From: Myxococcota bacterium
GTDB taxonomy: Bacteria > Myxococcota_A > UBA796 > SXON01
Length of the DNA stretch: 64,000 nt
Assembly: GCA_040386535.1 (NCBI GenBank)
Contig: JAZKFH010000011.1
Coordinates: 1 to 64,000, forward strand
Direction: 5' to 3'
In this document: positions 38,085-47,918 of the stretch, in pieces
How positions within the stretch are numbered: the first letter of the stretch is position 1
Layout of the letters: each line of letters opens with the position of its first letter
Translations under genes and position numbers: made by a program
The notes under the pieces: generated by a model
Database searches by the model: none
The model's input: only the letters and a program-made list of their open reading frames with translations
Told to the model about the DNA's origin: nothing

Positions 38085-40283
38085 ATGAACCTCGCCGTCG
38101 CGACGGAGGCGCTCGACCGTTGGCTGGAGCGTGTGTGTGACGCCGAGCGGCGGCGCGCGGAGCGGCTTCACGACGGGGTGCAGGCCGGGTGGGACGCGGT
38201 GCGCGCCCAGCTCGCGCCGGCCCTCGACACGCTCGCGGAGGAGCCGTCCGCCGCGCTCCCGCTCCCCGACGCGATCGCCCGCCTGCCGCTTGCGCCGCTC
38301 GATCGGGAGGTCCTGTGGATCCTCCTCGCTCCGTGGCTGGAGCCCCGCTACGGCGCGGTGTACCGCGTGCTGCAGGACGACCTGACGGAGCGCGGCGTCA
38401 CCGAGCGCTTGCTGGTGCGGGTGTTGGGCCGGGGGCCGGCGGTGATGGCGCGGCTGCTCGCGGACGCGCCGCTGCTGGAGGGCGGGTGGGTGCAGGCTGG
38501 CCTGTCCGCGGGGCCGCTGACGCGCCCGTTCGAGGTGGCCCCGGAGGTGCGCGTGGCGCTGCTCGGCGGGCCGGTGCCGGCCCGCTTCGAAGGCGCGCCC
38601 GTCGAGGCGCCCGGGGAGGCGCGGGGGCCAGCGCCGGAGTGGCAGGTGCGGCACGGGCTCTCGCCGTGGGTGGTGCCGGACGGGGCGCTGCGCGTGGCCC
38701 CCACGCGGCTGGACCGGGCGGCGCTGCTGCGCGCGTGGCGGCTCGCCATCGCCCACGATCGGGCGCTGGAGCTGGACCTGGGGCGCTTGTCCACGGCGGA
38801 GGCCGAGGCGCTCGCGCTGGAGGCGTGGTCGCTGGCCGCGGTGATGGGCACCGCGGTGCGGCTGCGCACGCCCGAGCCGGTGCCGCTGCCGGTGCTGCAC
38901 CAGGGGCTCGCGGCCGCGGCGTGGCCGGCGCGCCGGGACGCGTGGCGGGCGCTCGGGCAGGGAGAGGCGGCCGCGGGCCGGCTGGCGGGATGGAGGCTGG
39001 ATCCGGGCGAGATCACCGCGCTCGGCGCGCGCCTGCCGACCGCGGACGAGCCGGAGCTGCACGACACCGCGGCGCGGCTGCTCGCGGTGCCCATCCCCCA
39101 CGGCCGGCGCGTGAGCCCGCTGCGGAGCCTGGACGATCTCGTGCTGCGCGCGGAGACGCGGGAGGCGCTGGGCCGGCTGGCGTGGTTCCTGCGCGAGCGC
39201 GACCGGCTCGCGGCGCTCGACGGACTGGAGGCGCGCTTCCGGCTGCGGCGGGGGCCGCTGATCCTGTTCTCGGGCCGCTCGGGCACGGGCAAGACGGTCG
39301 CGGCGGAGGGGGTGGCGCGCGCGGCGCAGCGGCCGCTCGTCGTGGTGGATCTGTCGCGCCTCGTGTCGAAGTACATCGGGGAGACCGAGAAGAACATCGA
39401 CACGATCCTGTCGGCCGCGGAGCGCTCGGGGGTGGTGCTGTTCTTCGACGAGGCGGACGCGCTCTTCGCGCAGCGGACCGAGGTGTCGTCTTCGAACGAC
39501 CGCTTCGCGAACCTGGAGGTGGGGTACCTGCTGCAGCGCGTGGAGGTGCACGAGGGGCCGGTGATCCTCGCCACCAACCTGCGCCAGACCATCGACGAGG
39601 CGTTCCTGCGGCGCATGAGCTACCGCATCGAGTTCCCGCTGCCCGACGCCGAAGAGCGCGCGGCGTTGTGGGCGGCGATGGTGGGCGAGCGGGAGGGGGT
39701 CTCGCTCGGCGCGCTCGCGCAACGGCACCGGCTCGCCGGCGGCGACATCCGCAACGCGTCGCTCAAAGCGATGCTGCTGGCGGAGCAGGAGCAGAGCCCG
39801 CTCACGACGAACCACCTGGAGCGCGCCGTTCAGCTCGAGCTGTTGGAGCTCGGGCGCCTCGCCCGGCGCGAGAACGCCCCGAGCGATCGCGGCCCGGCGC
39901 TGCGCGCGCAGCTCGTGCGCCTGGAGCAGACGTTGGAGGCGAGCCTCAAGGCGCGTTTCCCGCGCGAGGTGCACCTGCTGCACGGATCGCCGACGCGGGA
40001 GGCGCTCGCGGGCCGCCGCCCGGCGGTGTCGCTCTCCGTGTTCCGCATGGCGCACGCCACCGCGGCGCTGAAGGTGGGGATCATCGTGTCGGCGTGGTCG
40101 CAGCGGGCCGAGGAGGAGAACGAGCTGCTCGCGGCCGCCGCCGCCGCCCTCGCCGACGCGCGGAGCTGGCTGCGCGTGCAGGAGAGCCACGACTTCGAGC
40201 TCCTCCACCGCTTCTGGTCGAGCCACGGCCAGCCGATCCGCGCGTCGCTGGTGGTCGACCTGGAGGTCGCCGAGGAGCCCTGA
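38085..40283 (+). CDS. eCIS-type AAA+ ATPase (Afp15/Pvc15-like) with C-terminal Pvc16/DUF4255-like domain
   Basis: Walker A GRSGTGKT, DLSRLVSKYIGETEKN, Walker B LFFDEADALF, DRFANLEVGYLLQR, DEAFLRR; N-terminal EPRYGAVYRVLQDD motif. Confidence 0.92.
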   Translation: MNLAVATEALDRWLERVCDAERRRAERLHDGVQAGWDAVRAQLAPALDTLAEEPSAALPLPDAIARLPLAPLDREVLWILLAPWLEPRYGAVYRVLQDDLTERGVTERLLVRVLGRGPAVMARLLADAPLLEGGWVQAGLSAGPLTRPFEVAPEVRVALLGGPVPARFEGAPVEAPGEARGPAPEWQVRHGLSPWVVPDGALRVAPTRLDRAALLRAWRLAIAHDRALELDLGRLSTAEAEALALEAWSLAAVMGTAVRLRTPEPVPLPVLHQGLAAAAWPARRDAWRALGQGEAAAGRLAGWRLDPGEITALGARLPTADEPELHDTAARLLAVPIPHGRRVSPLRSLDDLVLRAETREALGRLAWFLRERDRLAALDGLEARFRLRRGPLILFSGRSGTGKTVAAEGVARAAQRPLVVVDLSRLVSKYIGETEKNIDTILSAAERSGVVLFFDEADALFAQRTEVSSSNDRFANLEVGYLLQRVEVHEGPVILATNLRQTIDEAFLRRMSYRIEFPLPDAEERAALWAAMVGEREGVSLGALAQRHRLAGGDIRNASLKAMLLAEQEQSPLTTNHLERAVQLELLELGRLARRENAPSDRGPALRAQLVRLEQTLEASLKARFPREVHLLHGSPTREALAGRRPAVSLSVFRMAHATAALKVGIIVSAWSQRAEEENELLAAAAAALADARSWLRVQESHDFELLHRFWSSHGQPIRASLVVDLEVAEEP

Positions 40284-40382
40284 CCGCCGGACCGCCCGCG
40301 CCGCCGGACCCCGGGCGTTCGCGAGTAACTTCTGTCGCGAATGGGTCGCGACCCGGAGGCGCTCGCACGTTAGCGGGTGACG

Positions 40383-43300
40383 ATGTACCGGGCGGTCGAA
40401 GCGCGGGCGCCCTCCCTCCCTACGCCCGCCGCGGAGGGGGTGGACGGCCGCCCGCTGAGCGCGCGCCCCGGCGGGGACGTGCTGCCCGGCGGCGCCGCCC
40501 AGGCCGCGGGGGAAGCATTGCGCCGCCGCCGCGCGACGCCGGGCGCCCAGGAGCTCTCGGCCAAGGAGAGGGAAGCCAAGGAGCGCGCGGGCGCCGGCGA
40601 AGCGGATCAGCACGCCGGCCAGCTCCCCGCGGAGGAGCGGCGCGGGGAGCACGCGCGGGGGCCCGACGGGGCGGGGACAGACGGCGTGGGGCCGGAAGAC
40701 GCCGCGGGTCCCGACGGCGCGGCGCCGGACGCGCTGGGTCCGGACGGAGTGGCGCCGGACGATCGCGATGCGCAGGTGCCCGTCGAGCCGATCCGCGCGC
40801 CCGAACCCCCGAAGGCGCCGCGCACGGTGGACGAGCGGGCGAAGAAGGCCGAGGCCGACCTGGACGAGCGGGTCGACGAGGTCGAGGCGCTCGAGCTGGT
40901 CGAGGATCCGTCGGTGGAGAGCCCCGAAGACGCGACCGCGAAGGTCCCCGACGTGGAGGCGCCCGCCCCGGAGGAGCCCGCGGCGGCGGCCCTCCCCGAC
41001 CGGGGCGGCGGCGCCGCCACCATCGCCGCGTGGCAGGGGCGCGTGGAGGCCTCCGCCGACGGGATGCCGCCCACGGACATGCCCGCGCCGACCACCTACA
41101 CGGCCCCGATCCGCCAGGGCGGCGGCGCGGTGTCGAAGAAGTGGGAGGCGAAGAAGGAGAAGCTCCCAGAGCAGGCGAAGAAGGCCTTCACGACGAAGAA
41201 GGTGCCGACGCTGGAGGAGCTGCCCCCCATCGCGTCGCCGTTCCCGGTGGACGGGGCGAAGGAGAAGGTCGAGGCCAAGGGGGTGCGCAAGCTTCCCGAT
41301 CAGGCCCTGCCCGCGCTCGTCAAGTCGCCGAACGGGTTCCTGCCGGTGGTGGGGGCGGCACCGGTGGACACCCGCCTGCCCCCGGTGGCGCCGCCCGTCG
41401 GCGTGCCGGCGGTGGGCTCGAAGTCGCCGGTCGCGGCGGTCAACGCGATGGCGGCCGCGGTCCCCACGCCCCAGCCGACGGACGCCGGCGCGGTGGTGAC
41501 CGGCACGGATCGTGCGCCCACCTACACCATCGATCCCGCCCATCACGACACGATCGCCAGCGTGCTCGCGAACATCTACGTCGAGGCGCAGACCCGGGCG
41601 GAGGCCGTGGTCAAGTCGGCGCGGGAGGGCGCGTTCCCCGGCAAGGTGCTCGGCACGCGTTTCTGTTTCCCCGAGATCGCGGCGCCCAGGATCGTCGCGG
41701 AGAAGACCTGGCTGGAGGCGGAGCTCGGCCGCGTGGCCGACGCCGCGAAGATCGGCCGCGACACGCTCGACCAGAAGATCGAGGCGCGCAAGGTGGCGCT
41801 CGTGGAGGCGAAGACCGCGGGGGTGGAGGCCGTGTCGACCAGCTCGACCACGGTGACGACCCAGGTGAACCGCACCGCGGCCGACACCAAGGCGACCATC
41901 GCGTCGCTCCGCAGCCAGTGGGACACCCACTTCGACGACGTGGCGGCGCAGGCGAAGGGCGGGGTGGATCCCAAGGTCGTGCGCGCCGAGGAGCAGCGCT
42001 TCGCCGGGCAGCTCCGCACCTACGCCGCCGACCACATCGTCGCGTTCGAGGGTGTCGCGCGCGAGCGGAAGCGCAAGCTCGAGGTGGCGCGGGACGGCCA
42101 GTACGAGGCCTACCAGAAGGCCGCGCTGGCCGACGAGAGTGACGCCGCCCAGGCGAGCGTGCCCGAGCTGTCCGAAGCTATGACCGAGTGGGTGAAGGAG
42201 CGGCGCACGGAGGTCTACAAGGCCGTCGAGGCGCTCAAGGAGGGCACCACCACCACGGTGGAGACGTGGAAGTCCGAGATGCGCACCGCGCGCGACGAGT
42301 CGGTGGCGATGGTGCAGGTGTGGGCGGACGGCCGGATCGGCCGGGAGCGCGGCTGGTTGGACAGCCTGCTCTCGCGGCTGTTCGACGCCATCTCCGCCAA
42401 GCACGAGGAGACCGAGGCCTTCGAGGCGATGGAGACAGAGGCCACGGTGGGCGAGCTGGCCCAGGACCTCCAGATGCTCGAGGCGCTCAAGACGGGCGGC
42501 TACGACGCGCTGGACGTCGACGAGAAGTCGAGGCTCCAGCGCACGGACGCCGAGGGGGCCGCGCTCACCGGCACGTTCTTCGGCGAGGGCACGAAGGGCG
42601 ACACGGCGGCGGCGCTCACCGCCTCGCTCGGCGCGCGCCTCTCCCGCCGCCGGGTGGCGCCGCTCCGCGAAGCCTTCGTCTCCGAGGTCATGGGCATGAC
42701 CGACGCCACGCGCTGGCGCGAGGTCGACCTGCTCGCCGCCGCGGAGAGCCCCGGCTTCTCGGCCGCCGAGCGCGCGGACGAGCTTCACAAGGCGTTCGAC
42801 TACACCTGGGGCACGGACGAGGACCGTGCGTACGACGGGGTGAAGGGCCTGACCGCGCTCGGCGGCAAGGCGGTGCGGCTCGCGTACCGGGCGCGGTGGA
42901 AGGAGGATCTGGACGCGCGCATCGCCTCGGAGATGTCCGACGAGGACAAGGACCGCGTGATGTTCGGCCTGGACGCGAAGCAGGCCGAGGCCGACGCCGC
43001 CGCGCTCCGCGACGCGTGCGAGGGCGCGGGAACGGACGAGGCGCTCATCAACCGCGTCCTCCGCAACAAGTCGCCCGAGGAGCGCATCGCCATCCACGCC
43101 GCCTACCGGCAGCGCTACAACGAGGACCTCGACGGGCGCCTGAAGAGCGAGCTCGACGACGGCTTCTCCAGCATCGACGACTGGCGCATCACCGAAGCGC
43201 ACCTGGAGGGGAAGACCGACAAGGCGGACGCCATCGAGATCAAGGGGGCGCGCAACGCCTTCTGGGGCCCGGACCGCGACAAGATCGACGCCGTCTACAC

Positions 43301-46300
43301 GCGGATGCACGAGGAGGTCACGGCCGAGGGCGACAAGAACGGCAAGACCTCGGCCGAGATCGACGCGGAGATCCGCAAGCGCTCGGGCAAGATCCAGGAC
43401 GAGTACAAGACCGAGACGAAGAAGGATCTCAAGGCGGATCTGGAGGCCGCCTTCGCTCCGCCGCCGCCGCAGTACCAGTCCGGGCCCCACGGCCAGCAGT
43501 ACCAGGGCACGTACTACGCCGCCCGCCGCGATCTGGTGATCGGCATGGTCGACGGCGATCGCACCAAGGTCGACGCCGCGAAGATCCAGATCGAGCGCAC
43601 CAGCCTCTACGCGGAAGACGACAGTATCAGCAAGGTGCTCGAGCAGCAGTACGAGCGGGCGTACACCCGGGAGCGTCGCGACGCGCTGGCGCAGTGGCGG
43701 ACGGGCCACGACGGCCGCAGCCCCAACGACACGGAGATGAAGGACCTCGAGAAGGTCATCGTCGAGAAGGCGAAGCTCACCAGCGCGCAGAGCATGACCG
43801 CGCTCGGGCAGCGCGTCACCACCGCGTACGGAGGCGGCAACTTCCCCGACATCATCGCCGATCTGACCCAGGGCTGGGGCGAGACCAAGGCGCTGGCGCT
43901 CCTGGAGGGGAACGGGAGGCTGGAGGACTGGCAGAAGTTCGAGTTCGCCACCCGCGGCGGAGGCACGGACGAGGACGCGCTCAAGGCGCTGTTCAAGGGC
44001 AAGTCGAAAGAGGAGATCAAGGCGCTCGAGGCCGAGTGGAAGCGGAACACCACCAGCGATCTCGACAGCTTCGAGGCGGTGATCGCGGACGAGACCTCCG
44101 GCCGGCTCAAGCAGGATCTGCTCCTCGACAACGAGTTTGGCGGCAAGCCGGAGACGCCGGAAGACGCCATCGCCAAGAGCCGGCGGAAGATGGAGTACGA
44201 GGCGCGCACCGGCGGCGTGACCACCGACGACTTCGGTCGGCAGCACAAGACCGAGGAGTACCAGGTCATCGAGGAGGACCTCGCCCACCTCGAGAACATC
44301 CAGGCCGCGTACAAGGAGGCCCTGGACTCGGACGATCCGGCCCAGAAACACGCGGCGACCCTCGCGTGGCAGAGCGGCGTCGCGAGCCTCGACAGCGCGG
44401 TGCAGACCAACCGCCACATGGTGGACCAGCGCACCGAGGTGGTGGCCCAGGTCGTCTCCATCGTCGTGATGGTGGTGGTGATGGTGGTGCTCACCGCCGT
44501 GGCCGAGTTCTTCACGGCGGGCGCGGCCACCCCGGCGGTGGCGGCGATGTGGGTCGCGGCGATCGGGGGGATCTCCGCGCTGGCGGGCGGGCTGGCCGCG
44601 ATGGCGGTGAAGGCGTCGATCAAGGGCGACGCGTACGGCGCGGACGAGTGGGGCCCGGATCTCGCGCTGGCGCTGGTGGACGCGGTGGTCTCCGCCGCCA
44701 CCGCCGGGGTGGGCGGAAAGATCCTCAAGTCGGCGAAGGGCGCCGCGGAGGTGGCGAAGACCGGGGGCAAGCTCACCGGCCGCGCCGCCGTGCTCGCGCC
44801 GCTCGGCCGGATGGCGGAGGGCGGGCTCGGCAGCCGCATGACCGCGCACTTCATCGCCGAGGGCGCCGAGGGCTTCGCCCAGTCGCTGCCGACCGCTCTC
44901 TTGGGCACGGCGATGAACGAGAACGTGCTCAAGGGCAACCCGCTCCTGAACATGCTCGAGGGGGCGGGGATGGGGGTGGGCCTCGGCACCGTCCTCTCGG
45001 GCGGCCTTGGCGCGCTCGGTGGCACGAAGGTGATCCGCCCGGTCGACGCGGTGCCCCCCCGGGCGGCGACCGGCACGCACACCTCGCTGGTGGACGCCAG
45101 CGCCGTCGATCTCGCCGCGATGGAGGCGAAGTATCTCCACGAGAACCCGAGCCTCGGGAAGGCCGACTTCCGCCGGGACTACGACGCGCTGTTGATGAAG
45201 CAGGCGGAATTCGACCCCGTGGTGCGGCAGAAGCTCGAAGCGCAGCTCCGCGACGACATCACCGACCTGCTCCCGCCGCACCACCGCGCCGCCTTCGGGG
45301 ACACCCCGGTGGAGATGTGGGACACCAGGCGCTTCGAGGCGTTCACGGGCAGCGGCACCAGCGACGCGGTGGTGATCCTCAAGGACGGGCGTCCCACCGT
45401 GATCGTGAAGCAGGGGGCCTCGCCGCACGCGCTGGCAGAAGAGGGCTTCCACCTCGTCCAGTCGCTCCAGGGCAAACACGCCGGGCGCCTCGCCGACATC
45501 GACGAGGGGAGGCTCGCCAACTGGGGCCGGCTCGACGTGCGCGAGAAGATCCCCATCTACCGATCGAAGCTGGAGCTCGAGATCGAGGCGCAGGCGGCGA
45601 TGATCGACGCGTTGCAGGATCGTGTGGCGGCGGGCGGGCGGCTCAGCGAGCGCCTCGCCGTCGCGCAGCAGACGCTGCTCCGCCTCAAGGAGCGCGCCCG
45701 CCAGCTCGACCGCCTCGGCCCGTTCCAGCGGACGCTGATGGCGTGGGGCGTGCTGCCGCCGCCGCGGTGGCTCGACGAGCCGGCCCGCCTGTTCTCCAAG
45801 CTCGCCCGCCAGGACAAGGCGCACCTCGAAGCCGCCGCGCTGCTGGACGCGGCGGACGTGAACGGCGTCGTGACCACCGAGGCGCGCAAACAGCTCGCCG
45901 ATCTGTACAAGAACGCGACCACCGCCGCGGGGCGGAAGGGGCCCTTCGTCGACGTGCTGGCCGCGGTCGCGGGGATGGACCCGAAGACGGCGGTGGCGTT
46001 CCTCGAAGCGGCGGGGCCGGTGCTGGGCCGCAGCGGGGCGAAGGGGGACATCGGGAAGGTCCTGAAGAAGGCGGCCGTGTCGGCCGATCCCGCGGCGGCC
46101 GCCCGGCTCGCCCAGCACGCGCCGTTCGCCGTGGTCGAGAAGCTGCTCGACCGGGCGGCGCGCACCCGGGCCGGCCGCGCCGAGATGATCGGGGCGGCCG
46201 AGCGCCTCGCCGCGGCGATGGGCGCGACCAGCTTCCGCAAGAAGCCGTGGGACCAGCTGGTCAAGACCTTCGACACCGACCCGGCCAAGGCCATCGAGCT

Positions 46301-47915
46301 GGCGGCGATCGTGAAGCGCGCGGGGCTCTCGGACGTGCAGGTGGTGGCGGTGGTGGAGCGCGCTGGCGGGCTCTCCAAGGCCAAGCTCGGCGAGCTCACC
46401 CTGGCGGCGGACTACGTCGGCGTGCTCGCCGCCAACCCGACGCAACACGCCGCGCTGATCGAGGCGCTCACGCGGATGAAGGGCAAGGATTTTGCCGGCT
46501 TCGCGGACGCGGTGCACAACCTGCACGGCAACCCGCAGATCCTGCCCGACGCCTTCGCCAACCTCGTGCGGCTCGGGGCCGACGGGAAGCTCGATCTCCA
46601 CTGGCTCGGTGGGCTGGTCAACCCCCACGCCCCGGGCGGCCCGCGGCTCCACGGCTGGATCGTGGACGATCTCGCGCGGGACGCCAACACGCCCTGGACC
46701 AAGCTCCAGACCCGGGTCGGCAAGATGCGCGGGTTCTACGGCCAGGGCGTGGGGACGCTCCGCGGCCTCGTCGGCGAGATCTACGCAAAGCACCTCGTGC
46801 CGGACCACCCGATCCTCGGGAAGGATCTCCTCGAGCTGCTCGAGCAGGTCACCGACGGCGCCGCGGGCAAACGCCCGGATCTCGTCGCCCGGTACCGGGA
46901 CGGCTCCTTCCGCGCCATCGAGGTGAAGACCTGGTCCAAGGAGTTCTGGGGCAGCGCGTTGCAGGCGTACGAGCTGGCCGCCGTGCACGGGCTGGAGAAG
47001 GCCAAGGCGATGCGGCCCGAGCTCGACTTCGGCGCCATCGAACACATGATGGCGCAGCTGCGCAACGGCGCGCACACGCTGGAGGTGCCCGGCAGCACGA
47101 AGCGCCTCGCCCCGGGGCTGATGGTCACGTCCGACTGGAAGGTGGCCCAGTCCTTCGAGGGCCTCGCGGGCACGGGCATGGCGCGGCTCCAGAAGGAGCT
47201 CGACGGGCTCGGCGTGGGCGTCCACATGATGGGCCAGCAGCAGGTGGACGCGTTCGCGCAGGACCTGGTCCGCCAGTTCTCGAAGGCGGCGCCGATCGAC
47301 CGGTCGATCCCCCTGTCCACGCGCAGCCAGCGCCCGTTCTTCCCGCCAAAGGGGCCGAAGACGGTGACGGCGGACGCGGGGGCGGTCGGCGCGGCCACCC
47401 CCGACCCGAGCGTGCCCGCCGCCGTGGTGCCCGTCACGGTGGTGCCCGCCACCGTGGTGCCCGTCGTGCCGGTGCCGGTCACGCATCCGGTGGTGCTGGA
47501 GGGCGCCGCCGACTTCCCCCACGAGAGCGCCCAGGCCACGCGGTTCGCGCAGGCGGAAGGAGGCGGGAAGGTCCGCTTCCTCGGGGGTTCGTCCCAGGGG
47601 ATCGAGGGCTACTTCACGCCCCCGGGCTCGACCGTCGAGATCCCGATCTCGCTCAAAGACTTCTCCGCCACCGGGAAGCTCCGGAACATCCTGGGCCGGA
47701 TAAACGCAAACGCCGCGCAGGTGAAGGCCGCCGGGCACGCGGGGCCCACCGTGCTGCACGTGCGGATGTCGAACACGACGGTCGCCGAGCTGGAGGCGTT
47801 CATCGCGGGCGGGCCGATCGGTCGCATGGGCACCGAGGGCGTGTTCAGTCGGCTGATTTTCGAGGGGTCGGACGGGATCGTGGACGTGACGGCGGCGGGT
47901 GTGAAGAGGAGGTAG
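40383..47915 (+). CDS. Large polymorphic-toxin-like protein (annexin-like repeats, hydrophobic segment, two nuclease-like C-terminal domains); GTG 40377 is an alternative start
   Basis: GTDE annexin-like repeats, VVSIVVMVVVMVVLTAV hydrophobic stretch, KRPDLV...AIEVKTW PD-(D/E)xK motif, terminal GIEG...PISLK domain; strong GC3 bias. Confidence 0.88.
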   Translation: MYRAVEARAPSLPTPAAEGVDGRPLSARPGGDVLPGGAAQAAGEALRRRRATPGAQELSAKEREAKERAGAGEADQHAGQLPAEERRGEHARGPDGAGTDGVGPEDAAGPDGAAPDALGPDGVAPDDRDAQVPVEPIRAPEPPKAPRTVDERAKKAEADLDERVDEVEALELVEDPSVESPEDATAKVPDVEAPAPEEPAAAALPDRGGGAATIAAWQGRVEASADGMPPTDMPAPTTYTAPIRQGGGAVSKKWEAKKEKLPEQAKKAFTTKKVPTLEELPPIASPFPVDGAKEKVEAKGVRKLPDQALPALVKSPNGFLPVVGAAPVDTRLPPVAPPVGVPAVGSKSPVAAVNAMAAAVPTPQPTDAGAVVTGTDRAPTYTIDPAHHDTIASVLANIYVEAQTRAEAVVKSAREGAFPGKVLGTRFCFPEIAAPRIVAEKTWLEAELGRVADAAKIGRDTLDQKIEARKVALVEAKTAGVEAVSTSSTTVTTQVNRTAADTKATIASLRSQWDTHFDDVAAQAKGGVDPKVVRAEEQRFAGQLRTYAADHIVAFEGVARERKRKLEVARDGQYEAYQKAALADESDAAQASVPELSEAMTEWVKERRTEVYKAVEALKEGTTTTVETWKSEMRTARDESVAMVQVWADGRIGRERGWLDSLLSRLFDAISAKHEETEAFEAMETEATVGELAQDLQMLEALKTGGYDALDVDEKSRLQRTDAEGAALTGTFFGEGTKGDTAAALTASLGARLSRRRVAPLREAFVSEVMGMTDATRWREVDLLAAAESPGFSAAERADELHKAFDYTWGTDEDRAYDGVKGLTALGGKAVRLAYRARWKEDLDARIASEMSDEDKDRVMFGLDAKQAEADAAALRDACEGAGTDEALINRVLRNKSPEERIAIHAAYRQRYNEDLDGRLKSELDDGFSSIDDWRITEAHLEGKTDKADAIEIKGARNAFWGPDRDKIDAVYTRMHEEVTAEGDKNGKTSAEIDAEIRKRSGKIQDEYKTETKKDLKADLEAAFAPPPPQYQSGPHGQQYQGTYYAARRDLVIGMVDGDRTKVDAAKIQIERTSLYAEDDSISKVLEQQYERAYTRERRDALAQWRTGHDGRSPNDTEMKDLEKVIVEKAKLTSAQSMTALGQRVTTAYGGGNFPDIIADLTQGWGETKALALLEGNGRLEDWQKFEFATRGGGTDEDALKALFKGKSKEEIKALEAEWKRNTTSDLDSFEAVIADETSGRLKQDLLLDNEFGGKPETPEDAIAKSRRKMEYEARTGGVTTDDFGRQHKTEEYQVIEEDLAHLENIQAAYKEALDSDDPAQKHAATLAWQSGVASLDSAVQTNRHMVDQRTEVVAQVVSIVVMVVVMVVLTAVAEFFTAGAATPAVAAMWVAAIGGISALAGGLAAMAVKASIKGDAYGADEWGPDLALALVDAVVSAATAGVGGKILKSAKGAAEVAKTGGKLTGRAAVLAPLGRMAEGGLGSRMTAHFIAEGAEGFAQSLPTALLGTAMNENVLKGNPLLNMLEGAGMGVGLGTVLSGGLGALGGTKVIRPVDAVPPRAATGTHTSLVDASAVDLAAMEAKYLHENPSLGKADFRRDYDALLMKQAEFDPVVRQKLEAQLRDDITDLLPPHHRAAFGDTPVEMWDTRRFEAFTGSGTSDAVVILKDGRPTVIVKQGASPHALAEEGFHLVQSLQGKHAGRLADIDEGRLANWGRLDVREKIPIYRSKLELEIEAQAAMIDALQDRVAAGGRLSERLAVAQQTLLRLKERARQLDRLGPFQRTLMAWGVLPPPRWLDEPARLFSKLARQDKAHLEAAALLDAADVNGVVTTEARKQLADLYKNATTAAGRKGPFVDVLAAVAGMDPKTAVAFLEAAGPVLGRSGAKGDIGKVLKKAAVSADPAAAARLAQHAPFAVVEKLLDRAARTRAGRAEMIGAAERLAAAMGATSFRKKPWDQLVKTFDTDPAKAIELAAIVKRAGLSDVQVVAVVERAGGLSKAKLGELTLAADYVGVLAANPTQHAALIEALTRMKGKDFAGFADAVHNLHGNPQILPDAFANLVRLGADGKLDLHWLGGLVNPHAPGGPRLHGWIVDDLARDANTPWTKLQTRVGKMRGFYGQGVGTLRGLVGEIYAKHLVPDHPILGKDLLELLEQVTDGAAGKRPDLVARYRDGSFRAIEVKTWSKEFWGSALQAYELAAVHGLEKAKAMRPELDFGAIEHMMAQLRNGAHTLEVPGSTKRLAPGLMVTSDWKVAQSFEGLAGTGMARLQKELDGLGVGVHMMGQQQVDAFAQDLVRQFSKAAPIDRSIPLSTRSQRPFFPPKGPKTVTADAGAVGAATPDPSVPAAVVPVTVVPATVVPVVPVPVTHPVVLEGAADFPHESAQATRFAQAEGGGKVRFLGGSSQGIEGYFTPPGSTVEIPISLKDFSATGKLRNILGRINANAAQVKAAGHAGPTVLHVRMSNTTVAELEAFIAGGPIGRMGTEGVFSRLIFEGSDGIVDVTAAGVKRR

Positions 47916-47918
47916 GCG

